Source: a virus. Taken from it: a stretch of DNA of 64,000 bases. The DNA lies in the IMG/VR virus record IMGVR_UViG_3300032238_000977, positions 1-64,000 of that record, one strand, 5' to 3'. The notes below the pieces were generated by a model that searched no databases, was not told the origin of the DNA, and saw only the letters and a program-made list of their open reading frames with translations. Each line of letters begins with the position of its first letter. The stretch's first letter is position 1. A program made the position numbers and the translations under genes. Of this stretch, positions 36,195-46,848 are shown piece after piece.

Positions 36195-36620
36195 TTATTT
36201 CGATCTTTCTATTGAAAGTGCAGGTATTGGTTTGGGGTCCAAGAAAGAACTTACTGTTGGAGCAATTCCAATTAAAAACGCAACTATCGCAAGTGCTCCA
36301 ACTGCTTTCCATTTAAACTGTGATATCTCTTCTACTTTCTCTTCTACTTTTTCTATTCTTTCTCCAAGTTCTTTACTAATTGCATCATGCTGTTCCTTCG
36401 AAGACTTTTTGATATCTTCAATCATTGATACAATTAAATTGTCTGTTCTATTGCACTGTTCAATCTTTTCATTATGAACAGCTAGCATTTGACTAATATT
36501 TTGACTTGTCTCACCAATCTTTTGAATTGCAGTATCAATCCTTTCCATCATCTGCTCATACGCAGTAATACGCTCTTCGAGTATTGCTATTTTTGTTTCC
36601 GCAGATGATGATTGGAACAT
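36195..36620 (-). CDS. Coiled-coil protein with C-terminal TM helix
   Basis: Heptad pattern followed by WKAVGALAIVAFLIG. Confidence 0.8.
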   Translation of the reverse strand: MFQSSSAETKIAILEERITAYEQMMERIDTAIQKIGETSQNISQMLAVHNEKIEQCNRTDNLIVSMIEDIKKSSKEQHDAISKELGERIEKVEEKVEEISQFKWKAVGALAIVAFLIGIAPTVSSFLDPKPIPALSIERSK

Positions 36621-36621
36621 T

Positions 36622-36870
36622 TTACTTCTTTGTTCGATTTCTTAAGTAATCCATCCATTTTTTTCTGGAATCTTTTCCACCCTTTGCATATCTCTTCCGC
36701 ACAGATCCCATTTTAGGATCAAACCCAGCGGTAGGACCTGGATCAAAACCCTGAGCACTTCCACCAAATCCAGCCTTACCAGCAGTGCTAGCAGTACTCA
36801 TTGTTGGGACACCATCTTCTTTCAGATGCCTAAAGGCTTCTATTATTCTATCAAGTTTCGTTTTGTCCAT
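36622..36870 (-). CDS. Hypothetical late protein
   Basis: ORF in late operon; LKE motif. Confidence 0.7.
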   Translation of the reverse strand: MDKTKLDRIIEAFRHLKEDGVPTMSTASTAGKAGFGGSAQGFDPGPTAGFDPKMGSVRKRYAKGGKDSRKKWMDYLRNRTKK

Positions 36871-37243
36871 GGAAGATTTTTTGCAATTCCTTTAAGCAGA
36901 CCAGATCAACTTTTATATCATGAATATAGCACTTTGGGTACTCTGGCAATTTACCCAGAAACATCACAAATGTTTTCATTATTTCCCAAAGATCTTTTTC
37001 TATTTTATAAAAAAGCATTGGGGTCGTCGCATCACCAAATATATTATAAAGAATAATAAAATGATTGAGAAGGAGGTGAGTTTTTAACTTACCAGTATTT
37101 TTATATCTTTTCAAAAGTCTTTTAATATACTTAAAATGATTCAAGTCCTTCTCAAAGTCTTCTTTAGTGACTGCTTGAGGATTTTCATAATTTTTAATAG
37201 CGAACAAGAGGAAATTATCCTCATTCAATTCATTAAATATCAT
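36851..37243 (-). CDS. Conserved T4-like hypothetical protein
   Basis: ELNEDNFLLFAIKNYENP..FKYIKRLL..LLNH. Confidence 0.85.
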   Translation of the reverse strand: MIFNELNEDNFLLFAIKNYENPQAVTKEDFEKDLNHFKYIKRLLKRYKNTGKLKTHLLLNHFIILYNIFGDATTPMLFYKIEKDLWEIMKTFVMFLGKLPEYPKCYIHDIKVDLVCLKELQKIFHGQNET

Positions 37244-37249
37244 ATTCTA

Positions 37250-38281
37250 TCAAACAACTGTTAATGTAGTAGTTCCAATACCAACAGATCCGGTAATTCC
37301 CGCGCCGCCAATATTGCGAATAAGAATATCACCAAATTGCGAAGTAAATGAACTAGTTACTCCAGCACCATTTGAACCATCAGTGATTACACCAACAAAT
37401 CCTTTACTCATATCAATTTTAAGAGTGGTAGCATTTGTACGAGTACTAAATGTTACGGTAGAACCCACTCCTAGGGATGCATTTGAAGTACTTCCTGCAC
37501 CAATCTGAATGTAAGTAGATGCGACAGAGACTACAGGAGCATTAGTAATTTTAATTCCAGTAGTAGTATTTACTGTGACGGAACTGCCGATAGAAACTCC
37601 ACTTACAGAGTCAATGTAAATTGTCGTTGCTCCTACACCAGCAGCATTTCCAGTAGTAACTGCTGTTGTTAAGAAATTAACATTAGCTGATAAAACAGTG
37701 CTTGGTGAAGTGAATGCAAATGCTACTCTATTGGTAATTTGTCCATTAAAATTGGTATAAACATTAGGAGAACCATGAGTAGCTGCTGCTCCTACCCAAC
37801 CATACTGAGTACCACCATTGGATGGAGAATACGCAATAACTGCAGTGCTTTCATTTCCATTCGCATCAAAAGTACGAATACGAACAGTTGATCCAGTTCC
37901 GGCAAATACCAACTCGTTGAAAACAACATGAACATATCCCGTTGTACCCGCGCCAATACGAGTTGTTCCACCACCACCAACTGAGATTGGAGATGCTTCA
38001 TTTGGATCTTCAAAGAAAACTGCAACTGGACCAGCAGTTCCTAGTCCAGTACCTCCAAGAGTATTACTATTCAATCCAGTAACATCAACCAAAATTTCAT
38101 CAAAATAGCGATTTGAAAGTCCAGAATTAACTTTAGTTTTATATCTTCTCTGAATCCAACCACGAACATCAGCAAAGCAATTCCAAGGAGTGTTGTTTCT
38201 ATCGTTTTCAGATAGATGCTTTGGAATAGCGTAATTATTAGCCGCAGTTTCAGTAGTTGTGGAAATTCCCCAGAGTGCCAT
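37250..38281 (-). CDS. Putative virion structural protein (Gly/Thr/Ser-rich)
   Basis: MALWG start, beta-rich composition, late promoter TATAAATA at 38321-38314. Confidence 0.7.
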   Translation of the reverse strand: MALWGISTTTETAANNYAIPKHLSENDRNNTPWNCFADVRGWIQRRYKTKVNSGLSNRYFDEILVDVTGLNSNTLGGTGLGTAGPVAVFFEDPNEASPISVGGGGTTRIGAGTTGYVHVVFNELVFAGTGSTVRIRTFDANGNESTAVIAYSPSNGGTQYGWVGAAATHGSPNVYTNFNGQITNRVAFAFTSPSTVLSANVNFLTTAVTTGNAAGVGATTIYIDSVSGVSIGSSVTVNTTTGIKITNAPVVSVASTYIQIGAGSTSNASLGVGSTVTFSTRTNATTLKIDMSKGFVGVITDGSNGAGVTSSFTSQFGDILIRNIGGAGITGSVGIGTTTLTVV

Positions 38282-38369
38282 CCTTTTTACCTTTATTAAT
38301 TTAATCGTAGAAATATTTATAAAAAATGGGGAGTAGACTCCCCTCATATAATATTAAATTTTTATTTAC

Positions 38370-38549
38370 TTATGAAGTTAAATCTTTTGCACCTTTATTC
38401 TTTAACTGAGATTGAACTTGCAAAAGAATTAGTGAAAGAATGCCGTTTGACTTAACCTTTGGGTTTGCTCCTAGTGCTTCAGAAATAGCAAATAAAACTG
38501 TTGCAATTAGAGCTTGATTAGCAAGGCACCATGCGATAATAGCGGACAT
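38370..38549 (-). CDS. Small membrane protein, holin candidate
   Basis: MSAIIAWCLANQALIATVLFAISEALGANPKVKSNGILSLILLQVQSQLKNKGAKDLTS; GGAGG RBS; late promoter at 38586-38580. Confidence 0.6.
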   Translation of the reverse strand: MSAIIAWCLANQALIATVLFAISEALGANPKVKSNGILSLILLQVQSQLKNKGAKDLTS

Positions 38550-38587
38550 AATAACCTCCTTGTGAACAGTATCTTATTATATTTAGA

Positions 38588-40780
38588 TCAATCAAACCTT
38601 GAAGACATATTATCTCTTCCTTGCTGACGTGCTACACGACGGTTCTTAACAATTTGTTCTGGTGAACGTCTTTCTGAACCATACTCACCAGCAGCAGGTG
38701 GTTTTTGTCCAGGAACTTTGCCCTTTCCTCTTGGTTGAATAGGACCACCGGCACCCATTCTACCAGCACCCATAACCTTATGCATGTGGCGCATTACCTT
38801 TGAATTGGAATCGTTTCCACCCATAGTCCCACCTTTAGTTACTGATTTACCAGTCTTATAATCCTTACCAGTCTCCTTCTCATAACGATTAAGTTCATCA
38901 ATATGCTCAACTTCTTCAGCATTTAAAGGAAGTTTACCTTGTTTTTGAAGATTAAGTTTTTGACGCTGAAGCATTTGTTGCTTCTGCTGCATTGTTTTCA
39001 AATTTGCAAGTTTTTGCTTCTCAGCAGCATTTGTTACTTGTCTTTTTTGAATATCATCTTGTTTAGCAGTTGTACCAGAAGGAGGTGTGGTTTCTCTACC
39101 GGGCATTTGCCCTACCGCTTCAGCAACTCTTTTTGCTTGCTTTGTTGCGGTTGCATACATTACTTCTTTACCACGACCAGGATATCTTTTTTCAAAGTCA
39201 CCTGCACTCTTCTTCATTGACTTTACAATCTCTTCCCTCTTTTTGGTTTCAGCAGAAGTCAGAGTCTTTTCATCAAGTTCAAACTCTTCTTTACTGAGTT
39301 CTGCTGCTCTTCTTGCTGCTTTATTTCCAGTTCCACCATAAGATCTAGACTTAACTGGATTTTTAGCAATTGTTGGAGTAGCAGGAGTTCCACTAAGATT
39401 TTCTACATTAGCACGACTGATATGTTTAATTGCAGCAACAGAGGCACCTTGCCCAGATTTTGCTCTACCAGAAGGAGTAGAACGCTTAGCAATCATTTCT
39501 GCTGCTTTTGCTTTACCCTTTTCGCTGGTGATTGCTTCATCAAGTTCAAGTTCTTCTTTGTTAAGTTTTTTTGCTCTCATAGCAGCAGCTTTTGCAAGTG
39601 TTCTTTGTCTTGCAGCATCTTGCTCATCTTTTGGTATAGAAGTTACAGCACCAAGTTTTTCTGCAGGTTTTCCAGGAACTGCAGACTCTCCCATTGCTTT
39701 TTGCTTACGGAGTTTCTTAGGATTCTTAGTCTTATCTGCAGAGTAAGTATTTTCATCACGATCATCATCAGGATCTACAGCAGAACGATGTCTTGCTGCT
39801 CTATCATCATCACTCATGTTTGCTCTGCCTGATTTTGCCTCATCTGGAGAATACTTGTTACCAGTGTTGTACCATTCCTTACCCACATGACCTCTCTTCT
39901 CAGCATCAACAGAAGCAGCACGTCTTACATTCTTCTTACGATTTGATTTGAAGTCTTTCATACTCATGCCTTCTTCAATTTCAACCATTTCAATAAGTTG
40001 ACCACCAATCGCTTCAATTGCCTCATTCATTTTGGGGTGAACATTAATTTTATTGTTAATGTTCTTTTCTACAATTTTTTTATCAGATTTTTCTTTTTCA
40101 ATTTTATCAACGATCTCATAAAGATCCTCTCTCCAATTTGAGAAATTTTCTTTAGTTACTCTCTTTCCAATAGCAGCACCACGAACTTTTCTACGATTCA
40201 AAAGATACTTATCATTCTTATCATGATCCCCATCATTATCAATATCCTTATCTTCATGACCAACAGGATCTAAACCCTTACCGGAAGTCACAGATGCAGT
40301 TTGCTTTCCCCTTTTCCTTTCACCTTCATATGGAGTACCATACTTAGTCATTTCTACCGAAGAAATATTTGAATTGCTGCGAAGTTGATTAATCTTTTCT
40401 CTAGTAGCCATACGAACATATGACTTACCAGAATTTTTATCAGTTACACGAACCTGAAACTTTTTCTCTTCTACTTCTTCGGTTACTTTCTCTTCACCAA
40501 GTTTTGATTTAACTTCAGACTTTTCAGGACCAGTCATGGTCGTATGCGACATGTACTGTCCATATGCTTGCTGAACTGGGATCTCTTCTCTTCTTGCACG
40601 ATATCTAATATCATAAACTGCTTGACGAATTCTTTTTGCAGATCCATCGGATGCATCACCTTCCTTCTTTTCCCCACCACCGACCGGTGGTTTCTCTTTA
40701 GCAATATTTTTGCCCAATTGTGGTTTAAGAACTTCTTGCACGTAAACTGCAGAAATTTCATTTAGAGGATTTATGGCCAT
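38588..40780 (-). CDS. Large low-complexity late protein, probable processed internal head protein
   Basis: Basic segments separated by repeated (L/I/V)xE sites. Confidence 0.7.
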   Translation of the reverse strand: MAINPLNEISAVYVQEVLKPQLGKNIAKEKPPVGGGEKKEGDASDGSAKRIRQAVYDIRYRARREEIPVQQAYGQYMSHTTMTGPEKSEVKSKLGEEKVTEEVEEKKFQVRVTDKNSGKSYVRMATREKINQLRSNSNISSVEMTKYGTPYEGERKRGKQTASVTSGKGLDPVGHEDKDIDNDGDHDKNDKYLLNRRKVRGAAIGKRVTKENFSNWREDLYEIVDKIEKEKSDKKIVEKNINNKINVHPKMNEAIEAIGGQLIEMVEIEEGMSMKDFKSNRKKNVRRAASVDAEKRGHVGKEWYNTGNKYSPDEAKSGRANMSDDDRAARHRSAVDPDDDRDENTYSADKTKNPKKLRKQKAMGESAVPGKPAEKLGAVTSIPKDEQDAARQRTLAKAAAMRAKKLNKEELELDEAITSEKGKAKAAEMIAKRSTPSGRAKSGQGASVAAIKHISRANVENLSGTPATPTIAKNPVKSRSYGGTGNKAARRAAELSKEEFELDEKTLTSAETKKREEIVKSMKKSAGDFEKRYPGRGKEVMYATATKQAKRVAEAVGQMPGRETTPPSGTTAKQDDIQKRQVTNAAEKQKLANLKTMQQKQQMLQRQKLNLQKQGKLPLNAEEVEHIDELNRYEKETGKDYKTGKSVTKGGTMGGNDSNSKVMRHMHKVMGAGRMGAGGPIQPRGKGKVPGQKPPAAGEYGSERRSPEQIVKNRRVARQQGRDNMSSRFD

Positions 40781-40789
40781 TGCAATACT

Positions 40790-42034
40790 TTACTTTTTAT
40801 TTGCCTTATACTTATTTATGAAATTAATACCATACGCCTTTTGTTTTGGTGCTAGATTTTCTTTTCCAGTACCAACAGATCCTTGAGTCATTTTTGCATA
40901 ATGTTTAAAAGCACCTAAAGTACCAACAAGAGTATTTGGATGTTTTTTATCTCTCATTGGACTATCCATTTTAACTTCAGTATATTCCATCACATCTTTA
41001 ATCCAAGATTTGAACATAATATTATCTTCAGTAACGCAGATAAGGTAATTAGTTCCTCTACGGATAATTTTACCAATTAATCCAGTATTTAAATTTTCAA
41101 CTAAATGTCCAATTTGAAATATTTTTTGCGAGACATAATTTTCCCTCAAATTAATCCAATCAAATTTTGGAGCGATCTCCCACAAACTCCATCCTTCTTT
41201 AATACCCATCGATTTGCGAATAGTATTATAAATTTGTTTTGCGGAGTTATCGTCTAAAGTTCCAGGAACACCAGATCTAAAGGTTTTGTAATCACCTTCT
41301 GCTGCTGCCTTACGGAGTTTAGATGCAGACATTCCCTCCACACCCTCGGCATCAGGATCTCTTTCTCCTGCAGAAACCACATTTAAATCTTTAAAATCAT
41401 AAAGTTCTCCATTATACTGTGTTGCGAGTTTTTCAAATTCTGCCTGACGATCAGAACCGACTACAATATTAACTCCAGAATATCCATCTGCATGTGCTTG
41501 CTTCAATACATCAAAAATTGTTTTTGAGTTTGCATCATTCACAATTCTTTCGCCATGCTTTGGATACATCTGGCGCATGATTGAAATTTTAGTATCAGGA
41601 TCTAATGGATTCTTCTTTTTATCATTAGATCTTGATGGATAGATTTTGTATTCACCCTTTCCAGCAACATTAGCAACTTTATCTAAAAGTTTTTCGTGCC
41701 CAGTTGTTGGAGGATTGAATCTCCCAAATGCGACAGTTAAAGTTCCTTTATCTTTTTTTGGTTCTTCTGTAGGAGGTTGCTCTTGTCGAGGAGGTTGAAC
41801 TTGAGTTGCAACTGGTTGCTGATTTGCGGCAGTTCTATCCTGTGGAGGATCTTGTTTTCCAGGAACCTGATTTTTGTTATAAAACTTTAATTTACCACCT
41901 TCAGTTTTTGCTACAAACTCACCATTTTTATCGTACCATCCTCCATGACCATCGCCAACCAACCCAAGCCTTTTTGCCTGCATTACGGATTGGGAAGATT
42001 GCGCCTCAGATAAAAATTTTGAAAAACTTTTCAT
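40790..42034 (-). CDS. Cytidyltransferase-like (HIGH-superfamily) nucleotidyltransferase with capsid-targeting-like leader
   Basis: FGRFNPPTTGH, VGSDR, MSASKLR; N-terminus MKSFSKFLSE. Confidence 0.85.
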   Translation of the reverse strand: MKSFSKFLSEAQSSQSVMQAKRLGLVGDGHGGWYDKNGEFVAKTEGGKLKFYNKNQVPGKQDPPQDRTAANQQPVATQVQPPRQEQPPTEEPKKDKGTLTVAFGRFNPPTTGHEKLLDKVANVAGKGEYKIYPSRSNDKKKNPLDPDTKISIMRQMYPKHGERIVNDANSKTIFDVLKQAHADGYSGVNIVVGSDRQAEFEKLATQYNGELYDFKDLNVVSAGERDPDAEGVEGMSASKLRKAAAEGDYKTFRSGVPGTLDDNSAKQIYNTIRKSMGIKEGWSLWEIAPKFDWINLRENYVSQKIFQIGHLVENLNTGLIGKIIRRGTNYLICVTEDNIMFKSWIKDVMEYTEVKMDSPMRDKKHPNTLVGTLGAFKHYAKMTQGSVGTGKENLAPKQKAYGINFINKYKANKK

Positions 42035-42060
42035 GTTTTACTTTAATATACAAATATTTA

Positions 42061-42891
42061 TTAAGCGCGTACATCAAACCTAAAAGCAACAGAAGAAATC
42101 CCATCTCTAGACTTTGCTCTAATATCTATCTTGGTTTTTTTCACCATCAATTTAATATATGCACTATCAATCTCACCAAACTTTGCCGGAGAAAGCATAT
42201 AGTTAGCAGTAGCATCAGCATTTGGACCAAAATAGTTTTTTCCCGTTAAAGCTTCTTCAATTAAACAATAAAGAAATTGAGGATCGGACTCCAAGTAATC
42301 AAATAACTCTTTAATTAATACTAGTTTATTTTCAGAAATCCACTTTGTATAATTTTTATCGTCTTTTATTTTACCCTTAGAATCAACAAGATCTTTTACA
42401 ATATTTGGTTTTCTTTCTCTAGCTTTGGACAAATTTTTTTCAGTTAAAAGTTTAGTAGGTGTAGAAGAAATTTTACTTATCAATGCCGAAAGGTTTTTTC
42501 CTCTTTGCCCTGGACAATGAGCAGCAGTTTCCGCCATTGCTTTTGCTGTATTTGGACCTTCTGCACTAGATAATTGAATAGGTCCTTTCATTTTTACTGA
42601 GCATCTAATAGTATTTCTATTATTTTCTTTAAATACAACATCAGTTTTTGGTTCTGGATCGCCAGCAATATTAAGTTCATCACTGTGATATGCATGTGCA
42701 AGTAATTCTGGATTTTTCTCCTCTACCAGATCAACACACTGTTTTGCTTGAATTCCTATGGGTCCAGTATACTGTTTTAAATTAAGATTTTTTTGCATTC
42801 TTTTTTGGATTTCCGTATAAGGAACTCCCCCACGAACCAAAGATTCATACACTATAGCCCACTCTAATTGGACACCTCTACCTTGCGCCAT
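42061..42891 (-). CDS. PD-(D/E)xK nuclease-like protein
   Basis: EPKTDV...CSVK motif; late promoter at 42916-42910. Confidence 0.5.
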   Translation of the reverse strand: MAQGRGVQLEWAIVYESLVRGGVPYTEIQKRMQKNLNLKQYTGPIGIQAKQCVDLVEEKNPELLAHAYHSDELNIAGDPEPKTDVVFKENNRNTIRCSVKMKGPIQLSSAEGPNTAKAMAETAAHCPGQRGKNLSALISKISSTPTKLLTEKNLSKARERKPNIVKDLVDSKGKIKDDKNYTKWISENKLVLIKELFDYLESDPQFLYCLIEEALTGKNYFGPNADATANYMLSPAKFGEIDSAYIKLMVKKTKIDIRAKSRDGISSVAFRFDVRA

Positions 42892-42919
42892 ATATGAATA
42901 CTTTTTAAGTATTTAGACA

Positions 42920-42992
42920 TGGAGAATAGGGGACTCGAACCCCTCACCCCCGCCGTGCAAAGGCGGTGCTCTACCAAATGAGCTAATTCCCC
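42920..42992 (-). tRNA. tRNA-Ala(UGC)
   Basis: CCGCC-TT-TGC-AC-GGCGG, G3-U70. Confidence 0.96.
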
Positions 42993-43009
42993 AAAAAACC
43001 CCTTACGGG

Positions 43010-43189
43010 TCAAACGCCAAGTACAGCGCCAATATTATCATCAAGGTCTTGAATCACTGAGCGAATATCAATAACGCGCTCTGGAGTATGCTCAAGTCCA
43101 TATCCTTTTTGTGCGTCAAAAAGAACTTGACGTACCACTGCAGCAGTACGGACATCCATTTTAATTGTTACTTTTTTTTCTTTAGTCAT
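43010..43189 (-). CDS. Hypothetical protein, 59 aa
   Basis: MTKEKKVTIKMDVRTAAVVRQVLF...; ATGA overlap with mazG. Confidence 0.65.
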   Translation of the reverse strand: MTKEKKVTIKMDVRTAAVVRQVLFDAQKGYGLEHTPERVIDIRSVIQDLDDNIGAVLGV

Positions 43190-43590
43190 AGGTCTCCCTC
43201 AACACGATTTTCAGAACGTTCGATAGTAAAAGCACCTTCAGGATAACGAGCACTCAGTTTCTCAAAGTTCATTTGAATTACTTCTTCAAGTGAAATATCA
43301 AGACCAATACATGCCTGAGAAACATACCACATAATATCTCCAAGTTCACGTTTTAGGTGAAACAAATTTTCTTGGTTTACTGGTTTACCTTGAAAAATAA
43401 TTTTTTTTACAATTTCAGTAAACTCACCTGCTTCAGCAGACATTCCTACAGCAGCAGTAAGCAGTCGCTCGGTATGAAATCCTTGGATCTCAAGTTCCTG
43501 AAGACGGTCTTGAAAATCACTATATTGTTTACTGGGGTTTGAAGTGGTTGTATCGACAAACTCAACATACTTATTAAGATCAATAGTCAT
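43186..43590 (-). CDS. mazG: MazG-like NTP pyrophosphohydrolase
   Basis: EAGEFTE, ELGDIMWY, N..KL..RYP. Confidence 0.93.
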   Translation of the reverse strand: MTIDLNKYVEFVDTTTSNPSKQYSDFQDRLQELEIQGFHTERLLTAAVGMSAEAGEFTEIVKKIIFQGKPVNQENLFHLKRELGDIMWYVSQACIGLDISLEEVIQMNFEKLSARYPEGAFTIERSENRVEGDL

Positions 43591-44972
43591 TAAAATTTAA
43601 ATCCCTCGAATGATTTTTTAGGTTTTTTGTCTTCATACTCATTATACTCATCATCCTGCCCAGAGTCAAGTATGTCTTTTTGAGCAGACTGTTCTACATC
43701 ATACAATCTCATTTTGGCACGATCAATTCCAACAACAAATCTCTTATTCATTGTAGGATCATTATAACGATTCTTCAATTGTTTTACAAGAATTTGTCCC
43801 AACCCCTCCAACTCTTCAGTGCTAATAAGGGCAAACATAAGATCAGCAGTAGCAGGGAGACCAAAGGATTCAGAAGTATCAGTAAGTTCAACATCAGAAC
43901 TACCAAAACCTGAACGAGTGGTCTGAGTAGCGGAGACAATTGGGACATTAAACTCGACGGCGAGCCCCCTAAGTTCTTCAGCAATTGACTTAACCAACGT
44001 ATATGAGTTGATATTACTGCTTCCTTTATGCCTAGAGGAAGCACAAATATTAAGGTAATCAATGAAAATAATATCAGGTCTAAATGACTTCTTAAGTGCA
44101 AGTTCATTGAGAAGTGCTTTAAAGTGACCACTATGCGCTGATGCAGTAGGATACTCCTTAATTATAAGAGTTCCTTGTGTTTTTTTTGTGATATTATTGA
44201 CTTTATTTTCAAATAATTGTTTTGGGAGGTCTGCAATATCTTGGATGGGAACGTTGAGAAGGTTCGCATCAATTCTTTCTGCAATTCGCTCTTCCGCCAT
44301 CTCAAGAGTGATATAGAGAACGTTCCTACCTTGCAGTAAGACGGCACTAGCCACATGACACATGAATAGCGATTTCCCAACGCCCGTCCCAGCGAGAGCG
44401 ATATTGAGAGTCTTATTAGGGAGACCACCTTTTGTGATCTTATTGAAGTATTCCAGATCAAATTCGATCTTATCCTCTTTCTTATGATATGTATCATATC
44501 TTAATTCATAATCTAATAAGTAATCGTGCCCAATGTGTGTATCAAAACTTACTGCTAGGGCATCCGAAAGAATTGTTGGGATACTATCCCTACCCTTTTT
44601 AGAGTCCTTTCCATCTGCAATATGAATAGATTCCATGAGTGCTAAGTAAATAGCACGATCACGGCACCATTTTTCCGTGGTGGAGACTAACCATTTAAAT
44701 TCAACTGGAACATTTTCCAAAGAAGAAACTAAATGAGAAATTTCTTTAAAGGAAGACTCATTAATATCTCTCCTTTTTTCAATCTCAATTAACAAAACCT
44801 CATTAGTAGCCAATTGATTATAATCTTGAATAAATTTAAGAATTTCCTCAAAAACTACTTTCTGATTGAAATCTTCGAAGTATTCATTTTTAATAAAAGG
44901 TATTACCTTTCTAGTATATTCTTCATTGTATAAAAGATTTCTCAGAACTAAAAATTCAATCTTATCCATCAT
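43590..44972 (-). CDS. Replicative DNA helicase (T4 gp41)
   Basis: AGTGVGKS, LEMAEE, IDYLNIC, QLKNRY. Confidence 0.96.
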   Translation of the reverse strand: MMDKIEFLVLRNLLYNEEYTRKVIPFIKNEYFEDFNQKVVFEEILKFIQDYNQLATNEVLLIEIEKRRDINESSFKEISHLVSSLENVPVEFKWLVSTTEKWCRDRAIYLALMESIHIADGKDSKKGRDSIPTILSDALAVSFDTHIGHDYLLDYELRYDTYHKKEDKIEFDLEYFNKITKGGLPNKTLNIALAGTGVGKSLFMCHVASAVLLQGRNVLYITLEMAEERIAERIDANLLNVPIQDIADLPKQLFENKVNNITKKTQGTLIIKEYPTASAHSGHFKALLNELALKKSFRPDIIFIDYLNICASSRHKGSSNINSYTLVKSIAEELRGLAVEFNVPIVSATQTTRSGFGSSDVELTDTSESFGLPATADLMFALISTEELEGLGQILVKQLKNRYNDPTMNKRFVVGIDRAKMRLYDVEQSAQKDILDSGQDDEYNEYEDKKPKKSFEGFKF

Positions 44973-45526
44973 TTATAATGCAAATAAGTACTTAACAAAT
45001 ATTTTGGACCACTAATTGGTTTTTCACCTCTATGGGGAAACAACCAAACAGGTGGAAAAATTACCAATTTTCCTTTTTCTGGTTTAATTTCAAGATCCTT
45101 GAAAACTGTTTTACCACCTTCATCAACATCATTCAAATACCAGAAAAAAGATAAGAATCTTCTAGAAGATTCATGATCAGTAACATCAACATGAGTATCA
45201 AAAAAATCATTATCATCATTTAGATATCTTTTTATTCTAAATTGCTCAAATGCATTTTTTTCTGGAAAACATCTTTTATCAATATATTTGTAATATGCTT
45301 TCTTATACTCAAGAGTTTTTTTTACGATATAGTCATGAACATTATTAAGTTCTTCAGATTCTTTTGATAATTTTGTTAAATTTATCTGGGTAAAATTAGG
45401 GACTCCATCATTATCAATTCTTTCTTGATAATCAATCAGAGGATCGAATACATTTATCAAGTAATCACAAATATCTGGTTCTAAAGAATTTTCATAAATT
45501 TTGATAAAATCATTGAGTTCATCCAT
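44969..45526 (-). CDS. 2OG-Fe(II) oxygenase
   Basis: [17 protein letters not shown]. Confidence 0.88.
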   Translation of the reverse strand: MDELNDFIKIYENSLEPDICDYLINVFDPLIDYQERIDNDGVPNFTQINLTKLSKESEELNNVHDYIVKKTLEYKKAYYKYIDKRCFPEKNAFEQFRIKRYLNDDNDFFDTHVDVTDHESSRRFLSFFWYLNDVDEGGKTVFKDLEIKPEKGKLVIFPPVWLFPHRGEKPISGPKYLLSTYLHYK

Positions 45527-46520
45527 AACTAAACTCTTTTTTAGCAATCGCATCAAGTTTTTGCATTACTTCTTCAGTAAAGTATTCTTCGGGATTAGCA
45601 AGAATTTGTTTTGCGTAGATTTTTTTACCGTCCATTTCATATCTACCAGCAACGTTCTTCCACATTCCACCAATCTCACCTAGTTCCAGAAGACCATAAT
45701 ACTTATCAAGACCACGTTCATCATAGTAAAGACGAACTTCAACTTGTTGATTCTCCTTACTCAGACGTGATTTAGCAGTCTTAGCTTTGATAATATTACC
45801 GACCACTTCTGTTCCATCCTTTTCTTTCTTTTTGCTGAGATAAATGATCGTAGATGCTGCGTACTTGAGTCCGCTCCCTCCACCCATTTCCTTAGTTGGT
45901 ACGTAAGCTCCGATAACATCATAGGTGTGATTAGTAACTATCATTGGAATATTTGCTTGACCAAGTTTCAAGGTAAGCATACGGAATGCACCCTTGATAA
46001 GTTGTGATTTGGTCATATCACGAACTTCTTTATCATTCAATGCATCATTGATCTCTTTGCTGGTAGAAAGCATTCCTAAAGAATCTAGCACAAACATGCA
46101 AGGATTACGCTCTCCCTCAGGTTTTTTCATATACAAGTCTACCGCCTTGAGCGCCTTTCCGCGAAACTCTTCAACAGTAACAACATTAACAACCACCAGA
46201 CGAGTAGTATCAATTCCACGAGATTCTAAAAGAGATTTAGTAATAGCAGCTTCAGTATCAAAATAGAGACAATAACCATCGGGATTATTATCGAGGAAAT
46301 TCTTAACAACGGCGAGGCTGAAGAAAGTCTTTCCAGTAGAAGACTCTCCAGCAATAGCAGTAATCTTATTCCCAGATACACCACCAAACACACTACCTGA
46401 AACCAGTGCATTAAAGATATACGAACCCGTATCAACATAACTTTCAGTCTCATCAATATCGGAGGCAAGTTGTGTATAATCTCCTCCAATTTCTTTTACA
46501 ATATCTTTAAGAAAATCCAT
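45519..46520 (-). CDS. uvsX: RecA-like recombinase
   Basis: [19 protein letters not shown]. Confidence 0.96.
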   Translation of the reverse strand: MDFLKDIVKEIGGDYTQLASDIDETESYVDTGSYIFNALVSGSVFGGVSGNKITAIAGESSTGKTFFSLAVVKNFLDNNPDGYCLYFDTEAAITKSLLESRGIDTTRLVVVNVVTVEEFRGKALKAVDLYMKKPEGERNPCMFVLDSLGMLSTSKEINDALNDKEVRDMTKSQLIKGAFRMLTLKLGQANIPMIVTNHTYDVIGAYVPTKEMGGGSGLKYAASTIIYLSKKKEKDGTEVVGNIIKAKTAKSRLSKENQQVEVRLYYDERGLDKYYGLLELGEIGGMWKNVAGRYEMDGKKIYAKQILANPEEYFTEEVMQKLDAIAKKEFSYG

Positions 46521-46684
46521 CAGCAAACCATCCCGTATTCTTCACGAAGTATTTTTTTATAAGGTAAACCTTGTTCTTTAAGTTCCCTAACCAATTTGAG
46601 TTTATGATAAAGGGCAGCATCACCACCAAATCCAAGTGCCTTCACAATTGTATCTAGTTCTTTTTCGTTAATAGGCAAATCCAT
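46520..46684 (-). CDS. Hypothetical protein, 54 aa
   Basis: [32 protein letters not shown]...; TGATG coupling. Confidence 0.7.
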   Translation of the reverse strand: MDLPINEKELDTIVKALGFGGDAALYHKLKLVRELKEQGLPYKKILREEYGMVC

Positions 46685-46848
46685 CAATAACCTCTAGAAT
46701 CTTTAGTCTCCATACAAGTAACCCAATCATAACATCTTTTTATTTGATTTGCAAACCAAGTTGCTTTACTCTCATCTTCAAAATCTTTAGACATTTTATT
46801 AATTTTTCCGTCATAAGTTTCATACCAAAAAACAGTATAGTTTCTCAT
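46684..46848 (-). CDS. Hypothetical protein, 54 aa
   Basis: MRNYTVFWYETYDGK...; coupled at both ends. Confidence 0.6.
   Translation of the reverse strand: MRNYTVFWYETYDGKINKMSKDFEDESKATWFANQIKRCYDWVTCMETKDSRGY

Noticed and set aside
25476-42992. Stop-codon recoding or suppressor tRNAs
   Set aside because: No CUA, UUA or UCA anticodon, and core genes translate fully with the standard code
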